Below, piece after piece: positions 27,956-37,691 of a stretch of 64,000 nucleotides of DNA; position 1 is the first letter of the stretch, and every line of letters begins with the position of its first letter. A program made the position numbers and the translations under genes. The stretch spans positions 62,001-126,000 of IMG/VR virus record IMGVR_UViG_3300041411_000178, one strand, 5' to 3'. Under the pieces are notes generated by a model. It was not told where the DNA came from, ran no database searches, and saw only the letters and a program-made list of their open reading frames with translations.

Positions 27956-28710
27956 GCCGAGCAGCTATGTGGGAAGAGGTCGTTAAACTGAAGGGCGTGG
28001 CTGAAGTCACTACCCAGACGTATATCGACGAACTCGAGTCGCTTATCAGTGCAATGGAAGACGATGGTCTGCCACTCACTGTTGCAACAAAGATCATCCG
28101 CGGTATCTGGGGTAACACTTCCCGGGCTAACGCCTTGCTGGTACAGCTGTCGGAATGCTTCCCGGAGACTAACAAGTCTGTGGTGCTGTACGCCGGCTTG
28201 CCTGCTGATGAAGCGCGTAAGCAGTTGGGTGAGCTGGAAGAAACCCGCGAGTACTTCAAGGTGATCTACGACTACATCAACGAAGTAGTCGACACCACGT
28301 TCAAGACACTGCTGGCCGCCGAATTTACCGTCGAAAGCCAGGACTGCCTGAATGAGTTCCGTTGTGAAGTGCTGAAGTATGTCGCCTACACGGGTGATTA
28401 CTTCTACGAAGCCGAGCAGAAGTTGAAAGACGGCTCGCTGACTTCGTGGGATCAACTCAACCGTGTGCCGGACATCGTGATCAACGGTGACTACATGTTC
28501 GTTACCGACTTCAAGGAATCCCTGGCCAAAGCTCACGTCGAATATCTGAAGGGAACTTTCCATCCAGATCTGCGCTCGTCGGGTTACAGCCTGAAGGACT
28601 TCTCGTGGCGCACCAGCGACATGTGCAACAAACTGAAGCTGCCGTTCATGTTTGCGGAATACCTGAACTCCAAGTACCCAGGTACGCCGTTGGAACAGCC
28701 TGCTGAATAA
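27952..28710 (+). CDS. Hypothetical protein in the virion cluster
   Basis: 252 aa, ATGA overlap with the upstream stop. Confidence 0.7.
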   Translation: MSRAAMWEEVVKLKGVAEVTTQTYIDELESLISAMEDDGLPLTVATKIIRGIWGNTSRANALLVQLSECFPETNKSVVLYAGLPADEARKQLGELEETREYFKVIYDYINEVVDTTFKTLLAAEFTVESQDCLNEFRCEVLKYVAYTGDYFYEAEQKLKDGSLTSWDQLNRVPDIVINGDYMFVTDFKESLAKAHVEYLKGTFHPDLRSSGYSLKDFSWRTSDMCNKLKLPFMFAEYLNSKYPGTPLEQPAE

Positions 28711-28726
28711 GTTGTACCGGCTATAA

Positions 28727-28760
28727 CCTACCCTACCTCCTTTGCGGGAGGTAGGGTAGG
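28727..28760. terminator. Bidirectional terminator between convergent genes
   Basis: Stem CCTACCCTACCTCC/GGAGGTAGGGTAGG, loop TTTGCG, followed by TTATGGCTGC (28762-28771). Confidence 0.85.
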
Positions 28761-28772
28761 ATTATGGCTGCT

Positions 28773-31709
28773 TTATACCGGACCCATGTTTACCATGGAC
28801 ACGTCATGCGGCAGGAAGACGATATCAATGTCTTCCTTAATCGACAACAGACCATCAGAACTCTGTTGCAGCAGTTTACGGATACTGAACCCGGTAAGGT
28901 CATCCGCGTTACTGATTACATCAACCGTACTGTCACCGGCTACGGCACTCAGCTTAACCGCCACCACTTCACTCGATGTCCCGTCTTTCAACTGCCAGGC
29001 GAGATCGTTAGCACTGAACGTCCGGGCTCCGAACAGACCTTCGTTAAGCGTCTGCGGGGTACTGGTTTCCAGAGCACTTTTCAGGCTTTGGTTCTTCATG
29101 CCAGAAGCCGTCAGGTAATACGTCACGACAAAACTCAGATCCTGACGCAGATACGACGTGTAGTTGCTGTTGACCACCACCTTCTGATAGCCCAGCTTGT
29201 TACGCGGCTGGTACACCAGACTCGTCTGATCCAGAGCGGACGATGCGAAGTAAGCCATGTCCTGACTGATAACGTCGACGAAGTAGTCTTTGGTTTCTTG
29301 AGCGAACTGTACGTCGTACTCATCATGACTGAAGAAGTACGCACCATCAAACCCGATGAAGTCCCAGTGATAGAGTTTCTCACGAGGAGCCACTTCGATG
29401 TAATTGCCATCGGCATCGAGCATGTAGTCGTCTTTGGTGTATTCCAGCCGAACCCGAGGAGGTACGTTGTTATCGTACATCAGGTCGCCTGCATGGTGCT
29501 CTACTTGAGCCACACCATCCACGAAGATGATTTCCTTAAATTCATCATCCGTACGTTTGTAGATCGTTTCTGGATAAGTGAACGGAACATCCACACCATA
29601 CTTCTTGTACTGTGCTTCACCGACCAGAGGACGGATACGGCTGTACAGGTTACCCAGCTTCTTGCCCAGTACAACGTTGTACTGAGTTTCGATGATCGCC
29701 ACCATTGGCACACGGAACAGGCTCTGGTCGATCTTCTCGTCCGAGTCAGTCGCCGTGTTTGCCTTATCACCCTGGAAGGTGAAGATGAACGTCATGTCCA
29801 GATCCAGAGGCACACCGGTAGTCGGCTGGGTGCTACCGAACTGCGAGAAGTTGGTGAAGTACATTACGTCATTCACGTCAACATCAAAACGGCTGTCCAA
29901 TGCGAACTGCCAGATGCGCTCACCCGATTCCGTCAGGCCGTACAACGTACCCGCAATGCTTGCCAGGCTGTTGGTGTCTTCCGGCTGTACCGACAGCTGA
30001 ACACCCAGGGTGGAGTCATCCAGTTCCTGGTAGCTCTTGCCAGAGGCCGTTACGATGGTGATCAGGTAACCCGAGTCGTTCTGTTCAATCGCAACAGTCC
30101 CAACCCCCACGTCAATACCCAACAGACTGTTCTCGGCCTTAAACGTCTGGCTCTTGAACTTGGGTTCATCCAGGTGATAGGTCCGCAACACCGCTTGGGA
30201 GTTGGTGAGGTCCATCACGTAGTAGAACGGGGTGTACACCAGCGTAGTGCTGGCTACCAAGTCAACCTTGCCTTCATTGCTTCGGGCTTCGTAGCTGTTC
30301 TTGGTAATCTGGTTAATCAGAACCGTAGTTGGCTGACTGATGTCAAACAATACGTTGTGTGGAACAGTAATGCGCTGACCGTTGTCAATCACCACACCGC
30401 TGCCGATCAGGTCATTGACCGACGCCAGATAACTACCGACAAAGCAACCCATCGGAGCAAACAGCTTCTTGTTATCCTGGATACGAAGTTCCTTGGTCAA
30501 CGAGTAGCTACGCTTGGTCATGTAGTCGATGGATTTAACCGAGTTGTAACCGTAGTTCTCCACGGTACCCACCAGGTTGTTTTCCGTGATCGGCAGGTTA
30601 CGCTGACGGCGACCCGAGATAAAGGAAGCCTTCATCTGAGCAAACGGGATAGCGTTGCTACCGCCCGATGTCGAGGTCATTGCACGCCAAGCCATACCAC
30701 CCGAAGACTTCAGTGCGTTGGAGAACGGACCCAGGGTACCAGCACCGTAACGATAGTCCTGGTAGTTCACCCCCACGTCACCCAGAGCGGTCTGTGTGAA
30801 GTCTTTCAGCAGCTCACCCTTCGTGGTGTAGGTATAGATGTCGATCGAACCGATACCCAGACCGTTGGCAATGTAGACATCAGGAATCTTGAAACCGTAC
30901 TTCTGATTGCTGACATCCAGGTTCAAAGCCAGGGTGACAGTGTTCGGGTCAAACACGTCCTGGTCATAACTCACCCGAATCTCAGACTTGACGCCACCAA
31001 CCGTTAGGAACGCACGCACGGCGAACAGGTAGTCAGGGAACACAACATCACCACTGCAACCCGAACTCTGGTTGGAGGTCAGGTTCTCCGTTGGCATGCA
31101 GACCAGCTGCCGGCACGGAATAACGATCGTCAGGTAACCGTTAGGGGTCACCACACGCTTCAGCAGGTTGTTGGCAATCGGATTGAGCGGGTTGTTGGTG
31201 GAATCGTCGTAAACCACCTGGTAACCGGTCTGCTCGCTGTAACGGATTTCAATACCGTTCTCGATAGCAAACGTGTAACCGCCAAAGGTCAGTTCAGTGT
31301 CCTTCGGCAACAGTAGCATTTTGTACGTGAAGGTACTCTTGCCCAGCGTAACCGTAACGTCCTTAGCTAGCGCTCTGAAGACGTCAGTGTTGATGGCGTA
31401 TTGCAGGTCCATGATCGACGGTGTGCCGAACATGCCAACCTGTTCTTCCTCAGACATGTGACGACTGAGGTCAGCTGTGCTACGCGCATGAGCTGGGAAC
31501 ATTTTCGCCACAGCGTCATCGATGCGAAGCAGGAGACCGTGAGCAGTACCCAGGATGATGTCAGTACCGAAAACAAACGGGTGAGTCTTGCTGTTGAGTT
31601 TTACCGACTTATTGAAGTAGTCGTTCTCAACCTGGTTGACCACACGGTTTACCCCACGGATAGGGTTGTTGGCCAGTGCGATCAATTCGTTCTGTGTAAT
31701 GTCGGCCAT
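28773..31709 (-). CDS. Large virion structural protein, probable baseplate wedge (phiKZ gp87-like, T4 gp6-like)
   Basis: 978 aa, beta-rich, with a TSTSGGSN..P motif typical of baseplate J/gp6 proteins. Synteny fits. Confidence 0.65.
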   Translation of the reverse strand: MADITQNELIALANNPIRGVNRVVNQVENDYFNKSVKLNSKTHPFVFGTDIILGTAHGLLLRIDDAVAKMFPAHARSTADLSRHMSEEEQVGMFGTPSIMDLQYAINTDVFRALAKDVTVTLGKSTFTYKMLLLPKDTELTFGGYTFAIENGIEIRYSEQTGYQVVYDDSTNNPLNPIANNLLKRVVTPNGYLTIVIPCRQLVCMPTENLTSNQSSGCSGDVVFPDYLFAVRAFLTVGGVKSEIRVSYDQDVFDPNTVTLALNLDVSNQKYGFKIPDVYIANGLGIGSIDIYTYTTKGELLKDFTQTALGDVGVNYQDYRYGAGTLGPFSNALKSSGGMAWRAMTSTSGGSNAIPFAQMKASFISGRRQRNLPITENNLVGTVENYGYNSVKSIDYMTKRSYSLTKELRIQDNKKLFAPMGCFVGSYLASVNDLIGSGVVIDNGQRITVPHNVLFDISQPTTVLINQITKNSYEARSNEGKVDLVASTTLVYTPFYYVMDLTNSQAVLRTYHLDEPKFKSQTFKAENSLLGIDVGVGTVAIEQNDSGYLITIVTASGKSYQELDDSTLGVQLSVQPEDTNSLASIAGTLYGLTESGERIWQFALDSRFDVDVNDVMYFTNFSQFGSTQPTTGVPLDLDMTFIFTFQGDKANTATDSDEKIDQSLFRVPMVAIIETQYNVVLGKKLGNLYSRIRPLVGEAQYKKYGVDVPFTYPETIYKRTDDEFKEIIFVDGVAQVEHHAGDLMYDNNVPPRVRLEYTKDDYMLDADGNYIEVAPREKLYHWDFIGFDGAYFFSHDEYDVQFAQETKDYFVDVISQDMAYFASSALDQTSLVYQPRNKLGYQKVVVNSNYTSYLRQDLSFVVTYYLTASGMKNQSLKSALETSTPQTLNEGLFGARTFSANDLAWQLKDGTSSEVVAVKLSAVAGDSTVDVISNADDLTGFSIRKLLQQSSDGLLSIKEDIDIVFLPHDVSMVNMGPV

Positions 31710-32786
31710 TTACTTAGCACCCCAGTATTCCATTTCCATCGAGTTCAGGTTGATCCAGGGATAGCACAACGCATAGTTCGCTTTGTAGTACTCACTGAAC
31801 TTCAACTTGCGGTAGTTGTTTTCCCGAACACTTGGGTTCATGTTTGGATTGAAGAACAACGTCGTGCGGTTAAACATGTCCGCGAGACGCAGGTTGTTGT
31901 AACGGAAGACCACACTTGGGAAGTTGATCTCCACTTCGTCCTGACCCTGACCCCGCAAACTGTTCTGCGTACGGTCAATGGTACTGAATGCACCCGATGG
32001 GTACGTGTTAGGCCAGGAGTAGCCGTTGCAGTAGATACCCTCGATACTCCGCATGTTCTTGTTCATGATGATGTGATAGATCCGCACATCATAATCGCGG
32101 TAGTTCTGGATCAACGCTTCGGCGTAAGGTTCCATCCCCTCATCACCCAGTGTTACACCCTCGATGTAGTGGTTGATCACATCGAAGATAAAGGGAACAA
32201 CGTTGGGCTTGGGGTTGTGGAAGGTCAGACGCATGTCGTAGTCGTAGTTAACCTTCAGAATCCCGTTGGGGTACTGATAGACTTCCTTACGAATACCCGG
32301 AGTGGATTTCTCTACTGGCATGTTCACATCGGGGAAACCCGACGACACCTTAACCAGGTTAGTCAAACACCCCATCCATGGATACAGCGGATCGAGCATT
32401 TCACTGTTACCACTGTTGGCTCTTCCCCATACCGGATCGAGCAACCCCTTAACGTAATGTTGTAGGGTGTTTCGAGTTGGGTTGTACAACGGCAACATTT
32501 GAGGATGTTTTATCACGTTTTCGTCGGATAAGTTCAACAACGGCCGGTTAATAAAGACTAATCCTATGGTGTCGTCGGGGATGGGAGCCAACTGGTTCCC
32601 AGGGCCTAGAATTCGTACCCCTTTCAGCATGCTGATCAGAGCACTCGAGTAACCGGGTCCGCCGTTTTCTCGAAATGCGTACTCAAGCCAGTCATCATAC
32701 GACTGGGAGTTCAGATCTTCTGCGGGTTCTTCATTCCCTGGGGTCTTGTCGTACCACCCGTTATACTGATTCGGATCATCCGCCAT
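31710..32786 (-). CDS. Virion structural protein, tail tube/baseplate gp48/gp54-like (phiKZ gp88-like)
   Basis: Start placed at MADDPNQ (GGAG upstream). Adjacent to the gp87-like gene and divergent from the gp89-like gene. Confidence 0.55.
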   Translation of the reverse strand: MADDPNQYNGWYDKTPGNEEPAEDLNSQSYDDWLEYAFRENGGPGYSSALISMLKGVRILGPGNQLAPIPDDTIGLVFINRPLLNLSDENVIKHPQMLPLYNPTRNTLQHYVKGLLDPVWGRANSGNSEMLDPLYPWMGCLTNLVKVSSGFPDVNMPVEKSTPGIRKEVYQYPNGILKVNYDYDMRLTFHNPKPNVVPFIFDVINHYIEGVTLGDEGMEPYAEALIQNYRDYDVRIYHIIMNKNMRSIEGIYCNGYSWPNTYPSGAFSTIDRTQNSLRGQGQDEVEINFPSVVFRYNNLRLADMFNRTTLFFNPNMNPSVRENNYRKLKFSEYYKANYALCYPWINLNSMEMEYWGAK

Positions 32787-32819
32787 TTCTCTGGCTCCCA
32801 TTAATGAAGGTAATTAAAA

Positions 32820-33926
32820 ATGATTGGTAACGTATTAGGTCTGGGGTCTTACCTGCTGGATATTGCTGGTAAGTTTTATCCCGATAGCAAAGACATAAAC
32901 TCCGCCGCCAAGGTGGCGGGCCAGGTTCAACGTTCATACAATGTGGTCTCTACCACATCGGTTCACCAGAGTGCCAACCGCGCCATCATTGCTCCAATGG
33001 TGGGTGTTGAGCAGTCGCTTCTGCATCAAGAATTCATGGCCGACCTCATGCAGATCATTATGCTGCGTGACGTAGTCGCTACTCTGACTCACCTGGCGCT
33101 TGAAGGCACCGTGGCAATGGGTGTTCAGATCAAGGACGTTATCGGTTCGATCAACCCAAACCGTGCAGGCATGATGGCGTTGATGGGCTGCGAAGCTTTC
33201 GACAACAACATCCCGAACGGCGACAAGCCTGACGACAAGGCACCGGAACAAGCCTTCGTTCAAATCGGTGGCAAGTCCATGCCGGATCTGAACGAGTACA
33301 CGCCTCTGGCCGTGGGTAAAGTGGTTAACGCCACCCTGACCACCGAGCGCGGTACCAAGATCGACTTCCCGTTGACCTTCCGCCAAATCCCCGTTCCTAT
33401 GTCCGTCAAGGATCTGAAGCGCACCTTCTCGGCCGCCAAGATCGAAGAGGGCTTCTTCGCTCGCCTGACCATGGCGAAGACAGGTGAGATCACTTACCCT
33501 GAATTCCTCAGTGGTAAGGATGTCATCAAAGAACGCTTCAACATCAAGAACGAAGAGATGTCGGGCTACTACAAAGAAGCCCTGCGTCGTGAAACCGGTA
33601 ACAAGCTCACCGCTGTTCGCACCGGCGTGGTCAGCTTCAACAGCATGGCCAACTCGTTCATCATGTCCCAGGAATCGGCTACCCAGCTGGAACTGGACAT
33701 CGGTAAGCGTTTCCGCGACCCACGTTCGCGTGAAGGGATCTTCAAGGCTGTGGTGGCAAACACCATCGTAGTCTGCAATGAAGACCGCGGCATTTACACC
33801 TTCTACACCCACGGCAGCGATATGCCTGAAGTCTACACCCGCAAGGATATCGCCGTTAAATCGAAGAAAGATTCCGGTTCCAACACTCTGGCGGACCTGG
33901 TCAAGTTGCTCAACGGAGGCATGTGA
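32820..33926 (+). CDS. Head/inner-body protein (phiKZ gp89-like)
   Basis: 368 aa, LMGCEA site about 125 aa in. Synteny. Confidence 0.6.
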   Translation: MIGNVLGLGSYLLDIAGKFYPDSKDINSAAKVAGQVQRSYNVVSTTSVHQSANRAIIAPMVGVEQSLLHQEFMADLMQIIMLRDVVATLTHLALEGTVAMGVQIKDVIGSINPNRAGMMALMGCEAFDNNIPNGDKPDDKAPEQAFVQIGGKSMPDLNEYTPLAVGKVVNATLTTERGTKIDFPLTFRQIPVPMSVKDLKRTFSAAKIEEGFFARLTMAKTGEITYPEFLSGKDVIKERFNIKNEEMSGYYKEALRRETGNKLTAVRTGVVSFNSMANSFIMSQESATQLELDIGKRFRDPRSREGIFKAVVANTIVVCNEDRGIYTFYTHGSDMPEVYTRKDIAVKSKKDSGSNTLADLVKLLNGGM

Positions 33927-34807
33927 TGGATATTTTCTCCTACGTCGGGAAAGTAAAGGCGGTAAAGAAGAACGAGATCCTGGCGACCATCATCAACGTT
34001 AAGGTAGCCGGCGACGACCTCAAGGCGAGCCTGGAAAACCTCCAGAGTAATAACATCGACCTGAGCGATCAGATCGAGCACTGGGCGATTACCCGTAGCC
34101 TGAAGAAGTCGATCACCAGTGCTGGCTTCAATGCCCGTGACCTGGTCGGCGTCTCCATGCACAACCTCAGCGCTATCGATGCACTGACCACTGAACTGAC
34201 CAAGGCTGTTAACAGCTACAAGGAAAGTCTGTGGGACGGTAAGCTCATGACTGTTAAGCAGGCTAACCTGTTGAACGTCATCGAGTTCCTGAACTTCTGG
34301 CTGCGCTATACCCGCATGGTCTACGATGTTCTGCTGACCATGAACAACCAGAAAGTTGATCCGGCGCGTTACCTGCAACCGATCGACCTGAAGTTCATCA
34401 ACGGGACGGCTTCGTTCTACACCAACTTCAGTATCGACCTGCTGCGCGGTGCAGCTGTGATCATGAAGAACATGAACGACCTGCCGGACATCGAGATCAC
34501 TCAGACCTCGCTGGACGTCATGGAAAGCACCGGTGGTAAGACCCAGGTCGACCTGCTGAACAAAGGCTTCGGTATCCACCTGGTGAACCCTGTCTTCTGG
34601 TGGGGTCTGGGCTGGAGCAAGATCCAGGGTCTGCGTATCGAAAGAATGCGCAGCGACAACGAGCACTTCGCCATGAAGATCTCGCAAGCGATCAACCTAC
34701 GTAACGGCACGAATGACCCGAGTCTCGATCGTCGCATCGAGATCTACCAGGACAAGATCATTCGCAACGACCACACCATTTCCGAGATCGAGGCCGACTA
34801 TGCCTGA
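33923..34807 (+). CDS. Head/inner-body protein (phiKZ gp90-like)
   Basis: 294 aa, GGAGG upstream. Synteny. Confidence 0.6.
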   Translation: MMDIFSYVGKVKAVKKNEILATIINVKVAGDDLKASLENLQSNNIDLSDQIEHWAITRSLKKSITSAGFNARDLVGVSMHNLSAIDALTTELTKAVNSYKESLWDGKLMTVKQANLLNVIEFLNFWLRYTRMVYDVLLTMNNQKVDPARYLQPIDLKFINGTASFYTNFSIDLLRGAAVIMKNMNDLPDIEITQTSLDVMESTGGKTQVDLLNKGFGIHLVNPVFWWGLGWSKIQGLRIERMRSDNEHFAMKISQAINLRNGTNDPSLDRRIEIYQDKIIRNDHTISEIEADYA

Positions 34808-35318
34808 ATTTCGCCGGGGTAACAACGGGTACGTCAGCGCTCACCTCGGTGATGGCGAACTGGCTGCGATGTTCAAGAACCTTAAGTACCTCCGTCAGGA
34901 TGCGTACCAGGACTTCGAACTGATCATGAAGGGTGACGTAACCATCGAAACCCTGCGCGAGGTTACTGCCCTGTGCGGTACTTCCTTCGCAGGGTGGATG
35001 GAAGTCAACTTCGATAACGGCAAAGGTCCGTTGGCTGATTTGGTCCGTGACATCATTCACTTCCTGAATGGTCGTTGTGGTCACCGTCAGTTGATCACGT
35101 CAGTTGGTATCCAGGAGAACAAACTCCAGGACGCTAACAGTACCCGTTACGGTACATACACGCCCACCTCTCGTCAAGGCGGTCATGCCGCTTTCTTGCA
35201 GGATGGGGACATGGTCTACGACAACGACCTCTATCGCCTGATGGCTGGCGTAGGAGCAGGCGTCGTCGGACGCATTTTCTTGCTCCTTGGAGGAGAGACC
35301 TACTATGGGTCAAATTAA
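34800..35318 (+). CDS. Conserved virion-cluster protein (gp91 position)
   Basis: Start moved to MPEFRR (GAGG upstream), overlapping the upstream stop by 8 nt. Confidence 0.6.
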   Translation: MPEFRRGNNGYVSAHLGDGELAAMFKNLKYLRQDAYQDFELIMKGDVTIETLREVTALCGTSFAGWMEVNFDNGKGPLADLVRDIIHFLNGRCGHRQLITSVGIQENKLQDANSTRYGTYTPTSRQGGHAAFLQDGDMVYDNDLYRLMAGVGAGVVGRIFLLLGGETYYGSN

Positions 35319-36618
35319 CCAGGAACTCCAACTGGCCGCTGAAATGGCTGCAATCTCCGCGGTGAAGTCTGCCGAGATTGTCAGCCTGGCCAAAGATACC
35401 GGCGACCTTGATCGTTTCCAGAACCGTCTGGAGAACAGCAAGGATCGGGTGAACATGGTTAAGGCGGTGCTGGAAAGCGCTGAGCCTCACCACGTCACGC
35501 CTGAGCTGGCCACCGTCATGGATGCCTCTCTTGCACGTTCCAGTGTCGACATTCCGCCTGCAAGCGGTCTGGACGCCGTTGAGGGCGCTGAGGCGCTCGG
35601 ACGAACCCTGATGCCGGAAGATTACCTTCTGACGCGTCTGATGGGCTGTGAGAGCTTCCTGGCGGACTTCTTCCGCAAGTCAAAGGAAGTAGTGGTCCGT
35701 ATCAACGACGGTTTCCGCGAAGCCTACATCGTCTTTACCCAAAACCACGACAGTCTGATTGATGCCGTGGATGCTTTGGAACGTGGGATTGAATCCACTC
35801 CGAAGTTTGACGAAGGCCGTGAGAACCTGTTGCTGGGCGCCCGTCTGTTCAACCTGTTCAAGGTGAACGGTCAGGTCAGCGGTGACTGGGTCGGTGATGT
35901 AAGCAAGCTGAGCCGTACTGTTTCTGCGTTGAGTTCGAACTACTACCTCAACAGCAAGAACAACATGAATGCAGTCCTGAGCTTCTTCGGCGGGTTTGCA
36001 GGATTGGATCAGCAGACCGGTCTGGAACGTTTCCTCGATCTGCCGTCTCAGTTGCCATCGACTCCGTTCAAGGAATGCAACAAACCCAACAAAGACTTCT
36101 CCACTGGTCGTGTTACTGCGAAACAGTCGGTTGAGTTGATGGGCGGTGCGTACTTCATTGACATCCGTCAGACCAAACCGAACTACCGCATGCACACCCC
36201 GGACGATGTGGATCAATTCCTCTACATCTACCTCAACGAAGAAAAGACCGGCTTCGAGAACAGTTCCGAAATCGTTTACCCGAAACTGGGTAACGAAGTT
36301 AAGAGCCTCTCGACTCAGCAGATCAAGGTGATTGCGAAACACCTGAAAGAACTGCTGAAGGAATGGAGCAAGGTATTCGAAGCGGGTGATAAGTACAAGC
36401 TCGCTGACAGCGATTACAACGATGTCGCCAAAGGCATCTACGAGTCGCAGATGGACGATGAACTGAAAGACAAGGTACTCAGTGCCTTCTCCTCGATTGT
36501 TCGTCGCAACCAGATCGAGCTGCTGACGCTGCGGGCCACCCTGACCAATTACCTGACCTTGGTCATCCACGGCTTGATCGAAGTATCCAACCTTTCGGTT
36601 AAGGCCAACACGCCGTAA
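35305..36618 (+). CDS. Head protein (phiKZ gp92-like)
   Basis: Start at MGQINQ after GGAGGAG. Contains GAE and GCE sites. Confidence 0.65.
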   Translation: MGQINQELQLAAEMAAISAVKSAEIVSLAKDTGDLDRFQNRLENSKDRVNMVKAVLESAEPHHVTPELATVMDASLARSSVDIPPASGLDAVEGAEALGRTLMPEDYLLTRLMGCESFLADFFRKSKEVVVRINDGFREAYIVFTQNHDSLIDAVDALERGIESTPKFDEGRENLLLGARLFNLFKVNGQVSGDWVGDVSKLSRTVSALSSNYYLNSKNNMNAVLSFFGGFAGLDQQTGLERFLDLPSQLPSTPFKECNKPNKDFSTGRVTAKQSVELMGGAYFIDIRQTKPNYRMHTPDDVDQFLYIYLNEEKTGFENSSEIVYPKLGNEVKSLSTQQIKVIAKHLKELLKEWSKVFEAGDKYKLADSDYNDVAKGIYESQMDDELKDKVLSAFSSIVRRNQIELLTLRATLTNYLTLVIHGLIEVSNLSVKANTP

Positions 36619-36629
36619 GGAGGCTCGTC

Positions 36630-37643
36630 ATGAGCAGTTCTAAGAGTCTGTACCGCCACTGTCTGGACAATCACCTGGACATGATTGATAACCAGCATGT
36701 TATCAGTCTGGCGGGCGGTCAGTTGTTGGCCTTGCCTCACCGCCTGAAGATTCAGGTTGAGGGTAACGAGGACTTTATGGAGAACGTTAAGGAGCTTGGC
36801 TCTGGTATGTTCGAAGTAAGCAAGTGGGTGGGTGGCAAGACCATCGATCTGTTTGGTAAGGCTCTCGGTGCCGCAGGCTCTGGTCTGTATCGTGCCTTCA
36901 GTGACAACGACACGTTGATCCGCAAGCTGTCGCAAAACTTCAGCAAGATCGACGATCACGAGTTGAACCTCAGCAAAACCACGATTGCCCTGATTACCGC
37001 CAATGGCGATATCGGCCATATTGGGCATGATATGGACACTCTGCTGAGCACGTTGGATGCACTGGATAAGCACAGCAAAGAGATTCTGAGTTACCTGGAC
37101 AAGCAGCTTCTGGTTGCCCGTAAGCTCAAAGGCGCTTCTTCGTCTGAGAACATCTTCGCCATTGTGGAGGAGTTTGAAGCCTTGAAGTACCCTGCGTTTA
37201 AGTTGCCGCACTCCAAGGGCACTTCGACGTACTCAGATACCCTGCCGGGTGGCAAGGTCTGGGAATGTGTATACGGTGATGGCAAGAGCCCGAAATATGT
37301 TATAGGTGGTGACGCACCTGCTGAGGCTGGGTCCACTGTGACTTTGTCCAAGTCTGAAGTCAGTGCTTTGCTGACCAAGCTGGACAAGATCAACTCTATG
37401 CACAAACGCTTGAAGACGTCCTATGACGGCTACTTGAGCTTTATCAAGAGCTGGGCAGAGATGGTGAAAACTGTCGACGCTAACCTTAGCAAGCTGGATA
37501 AGGTTAGTTCAAGTGCACGAGCAGAGGGTGAGAAACTCCTCAACGGCGAAGCCAATGCCTTGGCATTCTATAGCGGATTCACTCCTCGGGTGGTCAGCTA
37601 CACCGACAGGTACATTCATGGTGTGCTTGGTGTTTTCGCTTGA
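36630..37643 (+). CDS. Head protein
   Basis: 337 aa, AGGAGG upstream, VEGNED site followed by an amphipathic helix. Confidence 0.65.
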   Translation: MSSSKSLYRHCLDNHLDMIDNQHVISLAGGQLLALPHRLKIQVEGNEDFMENVKELGSGMFEVSKWVGGKTIDLFGKALGAAGSGLYRAFSDNDTLIRKLSQNFSKIDDHELNLSKTTIALITANGDIGHIGHDMDTLLSTLDALDKHSKEILSYLDKQLLVARKLKGASSSENIFAIVEEFEALKYPAFKLPHSKGTSTYSDTLPGGKVWECVYGDGKSPKYVIGGDAPAEAGSTVTLSKSEVSALLTKLDKINSMHKRLKTSYDGYLSFIKSWAEMVKTVDANLSKLDKVSSSARAEGEKLLNGEANALAFYSGFTPRVVSYTDRYIHGVLGVFA

Positions 37644-37691
37644 TGTTTAATTAAACACTCAAATTTCCTTCGTTAACGAAAAAGGATACAT

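Noticed and set aside
28764-31007. 747-aa + strand ORF
   Set aside because: Antisense shadow of the 978-aa baseplate gene. It has no RBS or motif and is explained by codon bias leaving the opposite frame open.
34713-34799. N-terminal extension of the gp91-position ORF
   Set aside because: It would overlap the upstream gene by 95 nt. ATG 34800 has a GAGG SD and a normal short overlap.
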